From Candidatus Micrarchaeota archaeon (GTDB lineage Archaea; Micrarchaeota; Micrarchaeia; Norongarragalinales; Norongarragalinaceae), in the NCBI GenBank assembly GCA_013360305.1, contig JABWCK010000001.1:17209-81208 (forward strand): a stretch of 64,000 nucleotides of DNA. The letters are read 5' to 3'. This document shows positions 37,354 through 48,130 of the stretch, in pieces (position 1 is the stretch's first letter; each line of letters starts with the position of its first letter). The position numbers and the translations under genes are program-made. A model generated the notes under the pieces. That model was not told where the DNA came from. It searched no databases and saw nothing but the letters and a program-made list of their open reading frames with translations.

Positions 37354-38501
37354 TACTCGAATAGTTTTTTCTGGCTAAACAAGTTGCTCTTAGCTAAGTA
37401 TTTTTCCAACGGGTTCTTCAACCTCGTTCTCAATTCATCCTTTAATTCCTTAATTGAAGAAAAACGCATTGGCTGGTTTTCAAACGCGTGCTTTACGTTC
37501 TCACGCACTTCCCAAACCCCGACCGGAATGCTGTATTCCTTACTAATTTCTCGAATCACGCACACTCTAGCCTGCCGTCCTTGTTTTCGCAAAGCGTCGC
37601 AGACAGAAAATCGCGAAGCATAAAACCCGCCACCCTCGCTTTCAGCGTACTTAGTACGGCCCTCAAACGGTTCATGCTCGTAAGCGAAGTCGTGACCCTC
37701 CCACGCCTCGAATTGCTCGAATTCATATCTGCCCGGCAAGAGAATTACTTCGAAATGGTTAAACAAGTAAGTATTCGAATACAATAAAATCGAGTTATTC
37801 TCTGGAAACTCCTTGATTTCTTTCAGTAAATAGTCTGCAACCAAGTTGTCGACTGCAGTAATACTCCACTTGGTAGGCACCATTTTCTTCTTATTGCCTA
37901 AAATCCCTGCAGAAAACACTTTTTGAAGATAATAATAATCAAACCTGCCGACTACTTCCGGCAACGCCTCTCGAACAGTCAAGTTTTCTTGAGAAAGAGA
38001 ATCAATCTTCCTCGGAATAACCGGGTTTCCTGCTAAATCCATTTTCTCTAATTCCGCCGAAGGACCCATCGGCTGGCTCTTGTTAAAGAAAGAAACGTTG
38101 AAACTAGGCAGTTTTTTGAAAGAAACCTCTAAATCAATGGTTTTTTCACTCATTACAGAGTCCTTTAAATCCCCCAAAAACCTTTCCCGAGAACCAAAAA
38201 CACTAGTTTTCTTCATTCCCCTCGCTAAATTAGCTCTATATTCAATAATTTTATCAAAAGTCAAGCCATACCACTGGTCAGGCGAGTCCAAAAGACGAGC
38301 ATCCACTTCAGAATCCAGTCCCACAAGGGGGCCAACAAACACGTTAGGATAACCGTATTCTCCAACGAATAAATTAGGCGGAGTAGGGCCGAAAATATTT
38401 TTACCAATCTTCGGTATTTTTACATCAATTTTTTTCTTCTTAACCCACTCTAAAGGCGTTTCTCCAGACCAATCACTATTCATTTCATCAAAATAATTCA
38501 A
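37350..38501 (-). CDS. nreA: DNA repair protein Nre with C-terminal PIP box
   Basis: PPNLFVG..GYP, VPTKWSITAVD, VGVWEVRE, QKKLFEY. Confidence 0.9.
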   Translation of the reverse strand: MNYFDEMNSDWSGETPLEWVKKKKIDVKIPKIGKNIFGPTPPNLFVGEYGYPNVFVGPLVGLDSEVDARLLDSPDQWYGLTFDKIIEYRANLARGMKKTSVFGSRERFLGDLKDSVMSEKTIDLEVSFKKLPSFNVSFFNKSQPMGPSAELEKMDLAGNPVIPRKIDSLSQENLTVREALPEVVGRFDYYYLQKVFSAGILGNKKKMVPTKWSITAVDNLVADYLLKEIKEFPENNSILLYSNTYLFNHFEVILLPGRYEFEQFEAWEGHDFAYEHEPFEGRTKYAESEGGGFYASRFSVCDALRKQGRQARVCVIREISKEYSIPVGVWEVRENVKHAFENQPMRFSSIKELKDELRTRLKNPLEKYLAKSNLFSQKKLFEY

Positions 38502-38519
38502 GCAAAAAATTTAAACCAA

Positions 38520-38639
38520 CGCTTTTACTAGTCTTTTATACGTCTTTTATGAGTCACTTACAAGTCATTTACTAGTCGCGTACAAGTCTTTTACAACTTG
38601 TTTCATGGATGAAGAAAGTCTTTTAAATGTCTTTTACGT
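38520..38639. repeat. 11-bp phased direct-repeat array, consensus GTCTTTTACAA
   Basis: GTC starts at 38531, 38542, 38553, 38564, 38575 and 38586, with more copies at 38618 and 38629. Confidence 0.85.
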
Positions 38640-38675
38640 GAGCATTAAGCCTTGTATTATTAAAGGGTAATAATT

Positions 38676-39842
38676 ATGGATTCTGTTTTCGAAGCAAAAG
38701 ATAAATTGCTGCATCATTTAAAATGGACTGAAAATCCATTTGTCAAAGACTTAAGAATAGAGGATGAAGAATCATTCTTGAAGTACTATTACCAGTTGGA
38801 AGCAAAAGAAATATTGAAAAAACTCGCCTTCGACGCTAAAGCATGCATGTTGATTGGTCCAAAAGGCGTCGGAAAAACCAGCGCAATGTATTTCGTGCGC
38901 TATTCTTTGCCTCAGGAAGAGTTTGTTTCAATAGTTTTCAAGCAGCCTCCTGAATCAATTGACTCTCTAGCAAGAGAAACCGGACTGTTTCCTTCAAACG
39001 AGGGCGGTTTAGTAAGCAATTTAATGAGTGTTTTCGGCAAAAAACCAGAAAAAAAGCCTATATCGCGCTCTGAACTAGTTTCGAAACTAAAATCAGTCGG
39101 CAAAAAACTAGTTTTCTTCATGGATGAAGCTCACTTAGAGAAAAACCACGACATGTACATGGAATTCAAGTACTTGCTCGATGAAGTCCCAAACTTGAGG
39201 CTAGTAATATCCGCCCTCGGAAAAGAAGGCTTTCCAGACTCGTTAATTCAATTAATCGGCGAAGGAAACATTTTCACTAGAACTGGTTTTACGAGGGAAG
39301 AAATGCTTGAAATAATCAAGCATAGAATAAACGCAGTAGGCGGCAACGACGTAAAACCGTTTTCTAAAGTTTTTTTGGATAAAGTATTAAGCGGACAAAA
39401 CTTGCTTTCTCCTCGATACGTTTTCGACGAGTTAAATTCATTCCTAGCAAGCATGGCTTTAGGCGATGACTCGTACAAGAAATACGAATACGCAGATGAT
39501 CCAATAATTCAATCAGCAATCCAGTACTCGAGTGAACAAAAAATTTCTAGAGCAAACGCTAATTGGTGGCCAATGCTATCGCCTTCACAACAAAAAATAA
39601 CCGAATTACTAGTTCGAGATGGAGAATTAACGCTTTCTGAAATAATGGAAAAGACTGAATTAAGTCAAAACACTGCCTTCAACGCGTTATACCAATTGCG
39701 CGGAGGCGACGAAGCAGAAAAAAAACGCAAACCAAGCGTGCCGTTTCCCTTGATTAAGGTAAAATCAATCGGTTCAGGCGCTAGGAAAAAAAACGTGTAT
39801 TCGTTGAATCCAAAAATCAGAAACTTGTTTACAATGCATTAA
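38676..39842 (+). CDS. AAA+ ATPase with C-terminal wHTH (ExeA/Orc1-Cdc6-like architecture)
   Basis: ENPF, GPKGVGKT, FMDEAH, SPR, C-terminal LTLSEI...LSQNTAFNAL. Confidence 0.8.
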   Translation: MDSVFEAKDKLLHHLKWTENPFVKDLRIEDEESFLKYYYQLEAKEILKKLAFDAKACMLIGPKGVGKTSAMYFVRYSLPQEEFVSIVFKQPPESIDSLARETGLFPSNEGGLVSNLMSVFGKKPEKKPISRSELVSKLKSVGKKLVFFMDEAHLEKNHDMYMEFKYLLDEVPNLRLVISALGKEGFPDSLIQLIGEGNIFTRTGFTREEMLEIIKHRINAVGGNDVKPFSKVFLDKVLSGQNLLSPRYVFDELNSFLASMALGDDSYKKYEYADDPIIQSAIQYSSEQKISRANANWWPMLSPSQQKITELLVRDGELTLSEIMEKTELSQNTAFNALYQLRGGDEAEKKRKPSVPFPLIKVKSIGSGARKKNVYSLNPKIRNLFTMH

Positions 39843-39855
39843 CGGGGTGGAAGTT

Positions 39856-39990
39856 ATGAGTGAAGAAAAATCATTAAAACAAATCTTGGAAGAATTAAGT
39901 GGAAAAAACGTGGCTTACAAATTCGGCGTTTATGGTGGAGACGCAGTAATTCAAGTCGACGGATTCATGAAGACTTTAAGTTTCAGATAG
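39856..39990 (+). CDS. Unlisted 44-aa protein
   Basis: MSEEKSLKQILEELSGKNVAYKFGVYGGDAVIQVDGFMKTLSFR, with a GGGGTGG RBS. Confidence 0.55.
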   Translation: MSEEKSLKQILEELSGKNVAYKFGVYGGDAVIQVDGFMKTLSFR

Positions 39991-40059
39991 TTTGCAGCAA
40001 GTTTTTTTGTGGGAAAAAACTTTTTGCTAAAAAAAATATTTTTGTGGGTGGGTATTCAA

Positions 40060-40263
40060 ATGAAGTGTTTTTCGTTATTCGAAATGGACGACTTAATTCG
40101 CTCTGCAGGAGCTGAACGAGTCGACGAGCGAGCGAGTAAAAAATTATCCGACTTATTGGAGGACAAGGGTTCAGCAATACTAGAACGCGCTAGAATACTA
40201 GCAGACCACGCCGGCCGCACTAAAATAACTAAAGAAGACGTCTACCTAGCAGTAAACGTATGA
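40060..40263 (+). CDS. Archaeal histone-fold protein
   Basis: IRSAGAERV...A.ILADHAGRTKITKEDV.LA. Start set at the ATG at 40060. Confidence 0.9.
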   Translation: MKCFSLFEMDDLIRSAGAERVDERASKKLSDLLEDKGSAILERARILADHAGRTKITKEDVYLAVNV

Positions 40264-40823
40264 AGCGCTGTGCATGGGTGGCTAACGCTACTCCATTAAT
40301 GTTGAAATATCACGACGAAGAATGGGGTTTGCCAGTACACGATGACAACAAGTTATTCGAAGCAATTGTTTTAGACGGCGCACAGGCAGGCTTGTCGTGG
40401 AATACTGTGCTAAACAAGCGAGAAGCTTACAGAAAGGCGTTCGCCGGCTTCAATCCAAAGAAAGTAGCTAGTTTTAACGAAAAAGATGAAGCCGCGCTGT
40501 TGCAAAATGAAGGCATTATCCGCAATCGTTTAAAGATTCGTTCAGCGATTAATAATGCAAGTCGGTTTTTGGAAGTGCAGAAAGAATTCGGGTCATTCGA
40601 CACTTACTTGTGGAGTTTTGTTAACAACAAACCAATTCAAAACAACTTCAAGACTTTGAAAGACTTGCCTGCCAGAACCGATTTATCTGACGAAATTAGT
40701 TTAGACTTGAAGAAACGAGGCTTCAACTTTGTTGGGTCGACTATTATTTACGCAATGATGCAAGCCATAGGCATGGTAAACGACCACACGACAGACTGCT
40801 ACAGGCACAAACAATTAATTTAG
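40260..40823 (+). CDS. tag: DNA-3-methyladenine glycosylase I
   Basis: RC.W, YHDEEWG, QAGLSW, IIRNRLKI, NDH...C. Confidence 0.95.
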   Translation: MKRCAWVANATPLMLKYHDEEWGLPVHDDNKLFEAIVLDGAQAGLSWNTVLNKREAYRKAFAGFNPKKVASFNEKDEAALLQNEGIIRNRLKIRSAINNASRFLEVQKEFGSFDTYLWSFVNNKPIQNNFKTLKDLPARTDLSDEISLDLKKRGFNFVGSTIIYAMMQAIGMVNDHTTDCYRHKQLI

Positions 40824-40842
40824 TTTTCAACTAATTTTTTTT

Positions 40843-41343
40843 ATGCCTTTATTGCACGAGTCTCTCTCCGATTTCCAAGAACAAGTTAGAAAGTCAAAAG
40901 GACGAATTATTGCAATAATTCACCCTTACTATGGTTCAAAAAAGACTCTAGAAAAACCCTACTTGGATATGCTGAAAAAGGTAGTTGAAAAATCTCGTTT
41001 TCCTATAGTTGTGTTTGAAGAAGAAAAGAAAGCACAAGAAACTCAAGAAAACATTCCGAACGCGTTTATGGTTCACACTTTTTCGGGTGATCCTAAACCA
41101 TTAATGACTTGGCAGTCTTTACATTCGTTATTAAAAGAAGCAGGCGTTTCTCAAATTCAAGTTGGTGGACGGTATGCTCATTTTGATGAACCTATTCCTC
41201 GCTACCATGAAGATATGCCGCCCTATGTTCTCATGGTGGGTTGTGTAAGTGGCGCGTATAAAGAATTTGTTTGGAATGGTTTTAAGGCGCGAGTTATTCC
41301 AGAATTACTTTATCCTGACAAACCAAAACTAGTTAGAAAATAG
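40843..41343 (+). CDS. Hypothetical protein (possible isochorismatase-like fold)
   Basis: IIHP, VGG, GCV. Weak match only. Confidence 0.5.
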   Translation: MPLLHESLSDFQEQVRKSKGRIIAIIHPYYGSKKTLEKPYLDMLKKVVEKSRFPIVVFEEEKKAQETQENIPNAFMVHTFSGDPKPLMTWQSLHSLLKEAGVSQIQVGGRYAHFDEPIPRYHEDMPPYVLMVGCVSGAYKEFVWNGFKARVIPELLYPDKPKLVRK

Positions 41344-42762
41344 TTGTGTTTTCAAGACTTCTTTTGCTTTTAACAAGAATTTCTCATCATTTTCCTTGCT
41401 AGTATCAAACGTGCAGCCAGCTGCTGGCTTGTGGCCCCCGCCAACTCCGTTGACAATTAATCCTGCCGTCTTCATTACTTGGCCCAAGTCCAAACCCTTC
41501 TCTACTAGGGTTTTATTTCCTCTACTAGAAACCTTGGTTTTTCCTTTATCGTCCAAAGAAAAAGCGATTATTGGTTTGGATGCTTCAACGATTCCAGAAC
41601 CCAAGAACGCGCCGGCAATACTACCAATAACCGTGTCGCTAATTTTTCCGCGTCCGTCAAAAAAGTAGAATTCTCCAAAATCCATGAAATTCTCTTGAGC
41701 ATAGTTGATGCCAATACTGATTTCTTTTCGGTGTTCTAGCAACAATTTTTCAGCATCGCTGATTTTCTCTTTCTCGCCTAAACAAACGCTTACTCCCAAA
41801 TCTCCCTGGTCGTGGCGTCCGCAAGCGTTTAATAGCGTCGAGAACTCGTAAGCCTCCTTCATTACTCTAGTTTCTTCAAAAGGAAACAAGTAAATGTCTC
41901 CAATCATTTCCTTAACTGCTTTTTCAGGAACTTTCTTCTGCAGAGCGTAATTCACTAAAGCACTAATAAAACGCTTTTTTTCGCTATCATTCAAGTCATA
42001 ATACGCTATGTACGCGTTGCCTTGTTTTACTTGAATGGAGTTGTTTTCTAAAAAAACCGCGCAATTCTTTGACTTACCAGTCAACCCTGGAAGAATTGGT
42101 TCAGTGCAATAACTCAAAAATTGAGTTAACGGACGAGACATTTTACCAAACAAGCGCAAGTCCTTCCTTACTTCAACAAAACCCTTACTAGCAGCTTCCT
42201 CGACTAGCTTCTTGTTTAAGTCCTTAAAACCGCCTTCGCTGTCTTGCATGTCTCCAACTGCTCCGACAATGCCTAGTTGGTATATTCTCGCGTCACCCAA
42301 GTGCTTGAAACAATAAGCAGCAGTGCTAGCCGCGCTTACTGCAGTGCCCCCGTCAAAACCATGATAATGCGCATTAATTTGCTCTACGTCTGCTTCAACA
42401 GGCGGGTGGTGGTCAATAATAGCTATTTTTCCTCCTAGTTTTTCTCTAAGCTTGTCAGCATAACCACAACCCAAGTCAACGAAAACGTATTCCTCGCTCT
42501 TCGGAAGAGAATCGATCTCTTCCTCCCCAATCTTCTTCAAAATAATGTTCGAATATTGTTTGCCAACTAACTTACGAGCCAAACAAACGATTGCGCCCGA
42601 ACTCAAACCATCACAATCATAGTGGTGAACAATGACGGGATTATTCATTCCTAAAACAATGTCGCCGATTTCGCGAGCACGTTTTTCAAAACCAGCATAA
42701 TCCCTATCCTTGGGAGACTCGTTTTTAGGCGGTTCAAAATCCAAACTAGTTTGATACTTCAT
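41329..42762 (-). CDS. recJ: RecJ/GAN DHH-family exonuclease
   Basis: DCDG, DLG, DHH, GAVGD, GGGH..AAG. Confidence 0.92.
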   Translation of the reverse strand: MKYQTSLDFEPPKNESPKDRDYAGFEKRAREIGDIVLGMNNPVIVHHYDCDGLSSGAIVCLARKLVGKQYSNIILKKIGEEEIDSLPKSEEYVFVDLGCGYADKLREKLGGKIAIIDHHPPVEADVEQINAHYHGFDGGTAVSAASTAAYCFKHLGDARIYQLGIVGAVGDMQDSEGGFKDLNKKLVEEAASKGFVEVRKDLRLFGKMSRPLTQFLSYCTEPILPGLTGKSKNCAVFLENNSIQVKQGNAYIAYYDLNDSEKKRFISALVNYALQKKVPEKAVKEMIGDIYLFPFEETRVMKEAYEFSTLLNACGRHDQGDLGVSVCLGEKEKISDAEKLLLEHRKEISIGINYAQENFMDFGEFYFFDGRGKISDTVIGSIAGAFLGSGIVEASKPIIAFSLDDKGKTKVSSRGNKTLVEKGLDLGQVMKTAGLIVNGVGGGHKPAAGCTFDTSKENDEKFLLKAKEVLKTQLFSN

Positions 42763-42852
42763 TTTACGATAATATTAGTCGCTAGAAGCAATAAACCAAT
42801 TCCGGTGCGGTAAACCGCTGTTTTATATTGGTTTTTGGTTTTAATTACTAGA

Positions 42853-43095
42853 ATGAGCAAGATTTCTCAGAAAACGTTTCAAAAACTCGCTGAAAACACT
42901 TTAGGCATTTTGTACGAGCATTATCCTCGAGCGTATTCTACGACTGCTTTGGCTAACGAACTAGTTCGAGATAATGAGTTTGTGTTGAAGATTTTGTTGT
43001 TTTTAGAAAAAAACGGGTACGTCGAGAGAAAAGGCAAGAAATGGCAGCGATGGATTTTAACCAAGCAAGCAAAAGAAAAATACGACGTTATTTGA
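42853..43095 (+). CDS. Small wHTH protein
   Basis: STTALANELVRD..FV..IL..LEK.G.V. Confidence 0.65.
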   Translation: MSKISQKTFQKLAENTLGILYEHYPRAYSTTALANELVRDNEFVLKILLFLEKNGYVERKGKKWQRWILTKQAKEKYDVI

Positions 43096-44386
43096 TTTCG
43101 ATTTCTTCGCCGATTTCGGGTACTACTGCGTCTAGGTTCTTGATTTTTTTCTCTAACTCTGAAGCGAGTTCTTCACTCTTTTTTTTCTCGCCGTGAACAA
43201 TGAACGCTCTCTTTAATCCAGACACGTTTTTAGCGAAATCAATCAATCCTTGAAAGTCGGCGTGTGCAGAGAATTGGAATTGGTCTACTTGCAAGTTAAT
43301 CGCGTAATCTTGGTCATCGATTTCGATTCGTTTTTCTCCGTCCAAGATTTTGCGTCCATTAGTTCCTTCAGCTTGGTAGCCCACTAGTACAATCTTGTTT
43401 TCTCGTTGAGAACCTAGTTCTTTCAAGTATTCCAAGACTGGTCCGCCGTTTAACATGCCTGAAGTCGTAACAATAATGCACGGGCCTCCGCGCGTGACGT
43501 CGCTGCGGTCTTTTTTCGCCGGCACTTTATAGAATTCGCTCTTGAATGGGTCGTCGTCTGATGTTAGGATGCGGTGTTTGACTTCGTCTTTCAAGTAAAT
43601 CGCGTTGTGCCTGTAAATTCGCAAGCACTTTTTAACCATTCCATCCAAGTAGACTGGTACTTGAGGCATTTGTTTTGTACGCATATAGTTCTCGATAGTA
43701 AACAATATTTCTTGTCCGCGGCCTATAGCAAAAGTTGGAATAATGACTTTGCCTTGGTTGGATAGTGTTGAATTAATGCTTTTTATCAAGGAATTGCTGA
43801 CTTCCTTCAAGGAAGGGTGGGCGTCTTTTTTAGAGCCGTAAGTGCTTTCCATTATTATTGTTTCGGCCGAGTGTTCTCGTGCGCAGCCTTCTAGTAATCG
43901 TGATGGGCGAACTGCAAAGTCGCCTGTGTAAAGAATTTTTTCTTTAGTCAAGTTAATCGTTGCTGACCCGAGAATGTGTCCAGCGTCTTTGTAGATTATA
44001 TCGCTAGCGTCGTTGTATTCTTTGATTTCAATGTTTTTCAACAATTTGTCTAAGTCTTTTTGAGTGTAGGCTTTGTTTTTGTCTTTGTTAATGCGTAAGT
44101 AATCTGCTAGAAGCAATTGAATCAAGTCGCGGGTTGGTTTAGTCATTTTTACTTTTTTTGAATAACCCTTAGCATACAGCGCGGGCAAATATCCAGAGTG
44201 GTCTAAGTGGGCGTGGCTTAACAATACTTCGTGCAAGTTTTTAGCTTCAGTAGTAGTAATTTCTGGAAATTCTTCAGCCCCGTCTTTTAGCTTGATTCCG
44301 CAGTCTAGCAAGTAGTTTTTGTCAGTTTTTACTAAGAAACTGCTTCGGCCTACTTCTCCGCTAGCGCCTAAAAACTTGATTTTCAT
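43088..44386 (-). CDS. MBL/beta-CASP ribonuclease (aCPSF-like)
   Basis: EVGRS, HAHLDH, AGHILG, ESTYG, FSAHAD, VHGE. Confidence 0.93.
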   Translation of the reverse strand: MKIKFLGASGEVGRSSFLVKTDKNYLLDCGIKLKDGAEEFPEITTTEAKNLHEVLLSHAHLDHSGYLPALYAKGYSKKVKMTKPTRDLIQLLLADYLRINKDKNKAYTQKDLDKLLKNIEIKEYNDASDIIYKDAGHILGSATINLTKEKILYTGDFAVRPSRLLEGCAREHSAETIIMESTYGSKKDAHPSLKEVSNSLIKSINSTLSNQGKVIIPTFAIGRGQEILFTIENYMRTKQMPQVPVYLDGMVKKCLRIYRHNAIYLKDEVKHRILTSDDDPFKSEFYKVPAKKDRSDVTRGGPCIIVTTSGMLNGGPVLEYLKELGSQRENKIVLVGYQAEGTNGRKILDGEKRIEIDDQDYAINLQVDQFQFSAHADFQGLIDFAKNVSGLKRAFIVHGEKKKSEELASELEKKIKNLDAVVPEIGEEIEIK

Positions 44387-44441
44387 TACTAAATAGTTAG
44401 TTTAGTTGTTTTTTTATACTCGCGTTAACAGTTTGTTTATA

Positions 44442-45110
44442 ATGTCTATAGAGGAAATTGTTGCTTCGCTGAAATCAAAGCGTTTGGAAAAAACTCGAGT
44501 TAAAGACAAGGCTCCTTTTAGGGAACAGGACAATTGGAAGGCTAAAGCGCTAGCTTACAAGGAATTGTTAGAGAAATACTCTGAATTTATTGAGTTGCAT
44601 GAAGAAAAAACCATTCCAGAATTAAAAGCATTAGTGACTCCAAAACATGAAGCAGTTGCTTCGTTGAGGACTGACTTGTTTGAACAATTAAGCGTAGAAT
44701 ATTTGGAAGGCGATTCGTTCGAGAAATTCGTTTCTTTAGCTAGTGACTTCGTGCAGTCATTGCCTGCAATTGGGTCTGAATTGTCGTTTAGTTTTTGGCT
44801 CGCGCCCGAACAATCGTTGAAAGTAAAAGCAGGCGACTCGATGGATAAAGCGTTGTTGTTGTGTTCGTTGTTGTTGTCTGCAGAAATTCCCGCCAAGATT
44901 CGAATAGTTGAGTTAAACAATGGTTTGCGACAGCCTATTGTTTTAGCCAGTTTAGGTGACAGAGTAGTGTTGTGTGATTGTTCTGGAAAAAAGAAGCCTA
45001 GTTTTGGTTTGAATGACGAATCTGTTGTAGGGACTTACTCGTTTGAAGGAACTAACGCAGTCAAGAGCTTGTATGAATACAACGATTCATTCTACAAGGA
45101 CTTCGAATGA
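44442..45110 (+). CDS. Transglutaminase-like protein, degenerate active site
   Basis: FW..P...L....GDSMDKALLLCSLL, where GDC is expected. Confidence 0.6.
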   Translation: MSIEEIVASLKSKRLEKTRVKDKAPFREQDNWKAKALAYKELLEKYSEFIELHEEKTIPELKALVTPKHEAVASLRTDLFEQLSVEYLEGDSFEKFVSLASDFVQSLPAIGSELSFSFWLAPEQSLKVKAGDSMDKALLLCSLLLSAEIPAKIRIVELNNGLRQPIVLASLGDRVVLCDCSGKKKPSFGLNDESVVGTYSFEGTNAVKSLYEYNDSFYKDFE

Positions 45111-45142
45111 ATTAAATTTCTTCTCGTTTTTCTAATTGTTGA

Positions 45143-46126
45143 ATGTTTGAAGAAGCGAGAAAATTGTTAGAAACTACTATTCCGACTAGTGTTGGTAAAC
45201 CGTTTTTAGCTAATCCTGCTGCGAAGGAATTCGAATTCAATAAAGAAAACTTTTCGCCAATAAACACGGAGGCTAGTTTTTCTGTTGCGGGCGTTGATTC
45301 TGGCAGTGTTACTGTTTTTTCTGCCCCTGGGGTTTCTGTTGGATTCGTACGAACTTTTTACAACGTTTTTAAAAACTTGCAACGCTTACGCCAAGAAAAA
45401 AAAGATTTTTTAGTAGTAACTAAGCTAGTCCCTAAAGGCGGGGAGGCTTTTCTCGAGTCGGTAGTATTGCCGTTTCAAGAATCCGAGCTTCCGCTAAAAG
45501 AACACTTGGTTTTGAACGCTAGTGATTCTTCCTTGGTTTTGAAAGGATTTCGCGCCATGCCTTCGGCAATGACGCCGGTAGTTAGAAAATACTTGGAATG
45601 GATTGCCTGCAAACAAGCTTCAAAACACGCGGACTTAGTAGTAAAAGACGGGAGCCTTGCGACTTCTGCAACTAATGAGTCTTTTTATGCCAAGCAGTTT
45701 TTTGAGGCTGACTGCAAGAAGAGCGCTTTAAGCAAGACTTGTTCGCTAGTTACTGATACTGGGTTGTCTTTAACTAGTGCGGTTAACAAACTCTCTCCTA
45801 AAGGCAAGTGGGTTTATTCGAGGGTTTACGAGAATCAAAAGGAAGATTTTGATTTTTTCGTAGTAAAACTTCACGATAATGCAAGGCATTGTTTTAGGTT
45901 CGAGTACTTGAAAAACCAAGATTGTTTAAATAATTCTTTAAGCAACTTAGCGCAGTATTCGAGGGATTCTGGTTTTTTGGGTTATCCTTATGTTTTAGTT
46001 GATGCTGACAATAATGGTCGTGTTTCTAGGAAGGAAGCGGACGTAATAAATTCTTTATTGCAGTCTAGTTTGTTGAGCGATGAATTGCTTTCTTTAAACG
46101 CTCACGACGAGTTGGATTTAGTATGA
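45143..46126 (+). CDS. nurA: NurA nuclease
   Basis: GVDSG, DGS, SK, GYPYVL..AD. First gene of the repair operon. Confidence 0.85.
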   Translation: MFEEARKLLETTIPTSVGKPFLANPAAKEFEFNKENFSPINTEASFSVAGVDSGSVTVFSAPGVSVGFVRTFYNVFKNLQRLRQEKKDFLVVTKLVPKGGEAFLESVVLPFQESELPLKEHLVLNASDSSLVLKGFRAMPSAMTPVVRKYLEWIACKQASKHADLVVKDGSLATSATNESFYAKQFFEADCKKSALSKTCSLVTDTGLSLTSAVNKLSPKGKWVYSRVYENQKEDFDFFVVKLHDNARHCFRFEYLKNQDCLNNSLSNLAQYSRDSGFLGYPYVLVDADNNGRVSRKEADVINSLLQSSLLSDELLSLNAHDELDLV

Positions 46127-47571
46127 TTATGGTGGGTCAAGTTGTTTCAGGCAGTCACGGTGAAGTATTAGTCCGCCAAAAAACAGGCGAGACTTTAGAA
46201 CTAGGCGAAATACTCGTTTGTGATAGTAATGGAAGAAAATTATTGTTTCAAGTTTTTGACTTAAAGTACGGCAGCCAAGTGGAAGAAAAAGCCATTGAAA
46301 TGGCTTCAGGCATGTCGCTTCAAGGTTTTTCAGAGCAACACTTTCTAGATGATGATTTAAGGAATTATGTTCTAGCTTCACTAAAGCCGTTAGCCGAAAT
46401 AATCGGCAGCGACGTAGTAACCGTCAAGGCGTTGCCTAAGTTTTTTTCATCACTAAGGCGGCTTGAAGCAAAAGACTTGAGTTTCTTGACTAAACCAGAA
46501 CACGCTTTGTTTGTTGGAAACGTTCGCTGCGGGTCTCGTTCTCTAGACTTGCCTGTTTACTTGAATGGTCGTGAAGTGCTTCCGCACCACGTGTTTATTC
46601 CTGCAACGACTGGCCGCGGCAAAAGCAATTTAGTTAAAGTAATGCTTTACTCACTACTTCCTGAATCTTACTGTGGCATTTTAGTGCTCGACCCGCATAA
46701 CGAGTATTACTCTGCTTTAAGCAAGCACTCGAAGAAAGAAAAACTAGTTTATTATTCCACTAAGCCGTCAGCTGGCGGTTTTTCGTTGAGGATTAATTAT
46801 TCTTCGCTGCGCCCGTGGCATTTTCAAGGAGTAATGCCTTTTTCTGACCCCCAACAAGAAGCAATGCACGCTTTGTATAATGCGTTCAAAGACCAATGGG
46901 TGTCTAAGATTTTATCAGATGAAGTTGACTTCAAAAAATTCGGCATTAACGAATTAACTTACCCCGTGTTGCAGAGGAGGTTAAAGCTAGTGTTGAATGA
47001 AAGCGTTTTCGTAGAAAACGGCGGAGAAGCGTTAGTTGATGATGTAGTAAGCGACTTGTTTTCTGGAAAGAAAGTAATTATTGACACTTCGCGTCTTTCG
47101 GGAGAGTCCGAGTTGTTGGTTGGTGGATTACTCGCGTCAAGTGTTTTTTCGAAAGCAAAAAGCGATGATTCTCCTAATAGGCCGGTTGTTTCAATCGTTA
47201 TTGAAGAAGCGCCTCGTGTATTGTCAGAAAAAAACGGTTCGAGTGTTTTTTCTTCTATTGCTCGCGAAGGCAGAAAATTCGGGGTTGGTTTGATAGCAAT
47301 AACTCAACTCGCTTCGTTGATTCCGCGAGAAGTTTTAGCAAACTTGAACACTAAGATTATTCTAGGCAACGAAATGGCTCAAGAGCGGGAAGCAATTATT
47401 TCTTCTGCAGCACAAGACTTGTCTTCGGATTCTAAGACAATAGCTTCCCTCGGAAAAGGAGAAGCGTTGTTGTCAAGCGTGTTCAGCAAGTTTGCTGTTC
47501 CTTTGATTATTCCCAAGTTTGAAGATTTTTCCAAGAGTGATTCGAGTAATTCTAAAAAGGTGTTTGTTTGA
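46123..47571 (+). CDS. herA: HerA helicase/translocase
   Basis: [27 protein letters not shown]. Confidence 0.92.
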   Translation: MIMVGQVVSGSHGEVLVRQKTGETLELGEILVCDSNGRKLLFQVFDLKYGSQVEEKAIEMASGMSLQGFSEQHFLDDDLRNYVLASLKPLAEIIGSDVVTVKALPKFFSSLRRLEAKDLSFLTKPEHALFVGNVRCGSRSLDLPVYLNGREVLPHHVFIPATTGRGKSNLVKVMLYSLLPESYCGILVLDPHNEYYSALSKHSKKEKLVYYSTKPSAGGFSLRINYSSLRPWHFQGVMPFSDPQQEAMHALYNAFKDQWVSKILSDEVDFKKFGINELTYPVLQRRLKLVLNESVFVENGGEALVDDVVSDLFSGKKVIIDTSRLSGESELLVGGLLASSVFSKAKSDDSPNRPVVSIVIEEAPRVLSEKNGSSVFSSIAREGRKFGVGLIAITQLASLIPREVLANLNTKIILGNEMAQEREAIISSAAQDLSSDSKTIASLGKGEALLSSVFSKFAVPLIIPKFEDFSKSDSSNSKKVFV

Positions 47572-48074
47572 AGGCTGCATTATTTGACTTGGATGGCACG
47601 CTAGCTAACATTTCTCTTGTTTCAAAGTTTTCAAAACACCATTACTTGAAAGTCGCTTGCGCTAAAGCGTTTGGTTTCTTGCCTCGATCGTTGAAACCAA
47701 TGGCTTTTTCAGTAATAGACTTGCTTGAACACGCTCCTACTAGGAAAGCGTTATTCAACCGTGTTTTGCTTAAAAAAATTATTTTAATGAAGAAAAAAGG
47801 CGTCAAGGTCGGCATTGTTTCAAGCAATACTCGACACACCGTGCTAGCTTGCTTGCATAAGGCCGGATTCAAGAAAGACTTTTTTGACGTAATTATATGC
47901 ATTAATGATGTTGACTTCTTGAAACCTGATCCTGACCCGTTGCAAAAAGCGTTGAAAAAATTAAGTGTTTTACCAAAAGACGCGGTTTATTACGGCGACC
48001 ACTGGGTTGATGCTGAAGCAGCTAAAGCTATAGGAATGAAGTTCGTTAAAGTCTCTTCTGTCAAATGGGCGTGA
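47568..48074 (+). CDS. HAD-family hydrolase
   Basis: FDLDGTL, KPDP, GD...D. Confidence 0.88.
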   Translation: MKAALFDLDGTLANISLVSKFSKHHYLKVACAKAFGFLPRSLKPMAFSVIDLLEHAPTRKALFNRVLLKKIILMKKKGVKVGIVSSNTRHTVLACLHKAGFKKDFFDVIICINDVDFLKPDPDPLQKALKKLSVLPKDAVYYGDHWVDAEAAKAIGMKFVKVSSVKWA

Positions 48075-48130
48075 GCCACCGGAATGCTGGTTTGAAAGCT
48101 TATTTTAGTTTTTGCGTGCAATAATAATTA

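Noticed and set aside
38520-38639. Possible CRISPR array
   Set aside because: The units are 11 bp and contiguous, with no spacers and no cas genes.
39999-40036. Further palindromic repeat copy
   Set aside because: A hairpin is present but the tail is too degenerate to assign. It may simply be a terminator.
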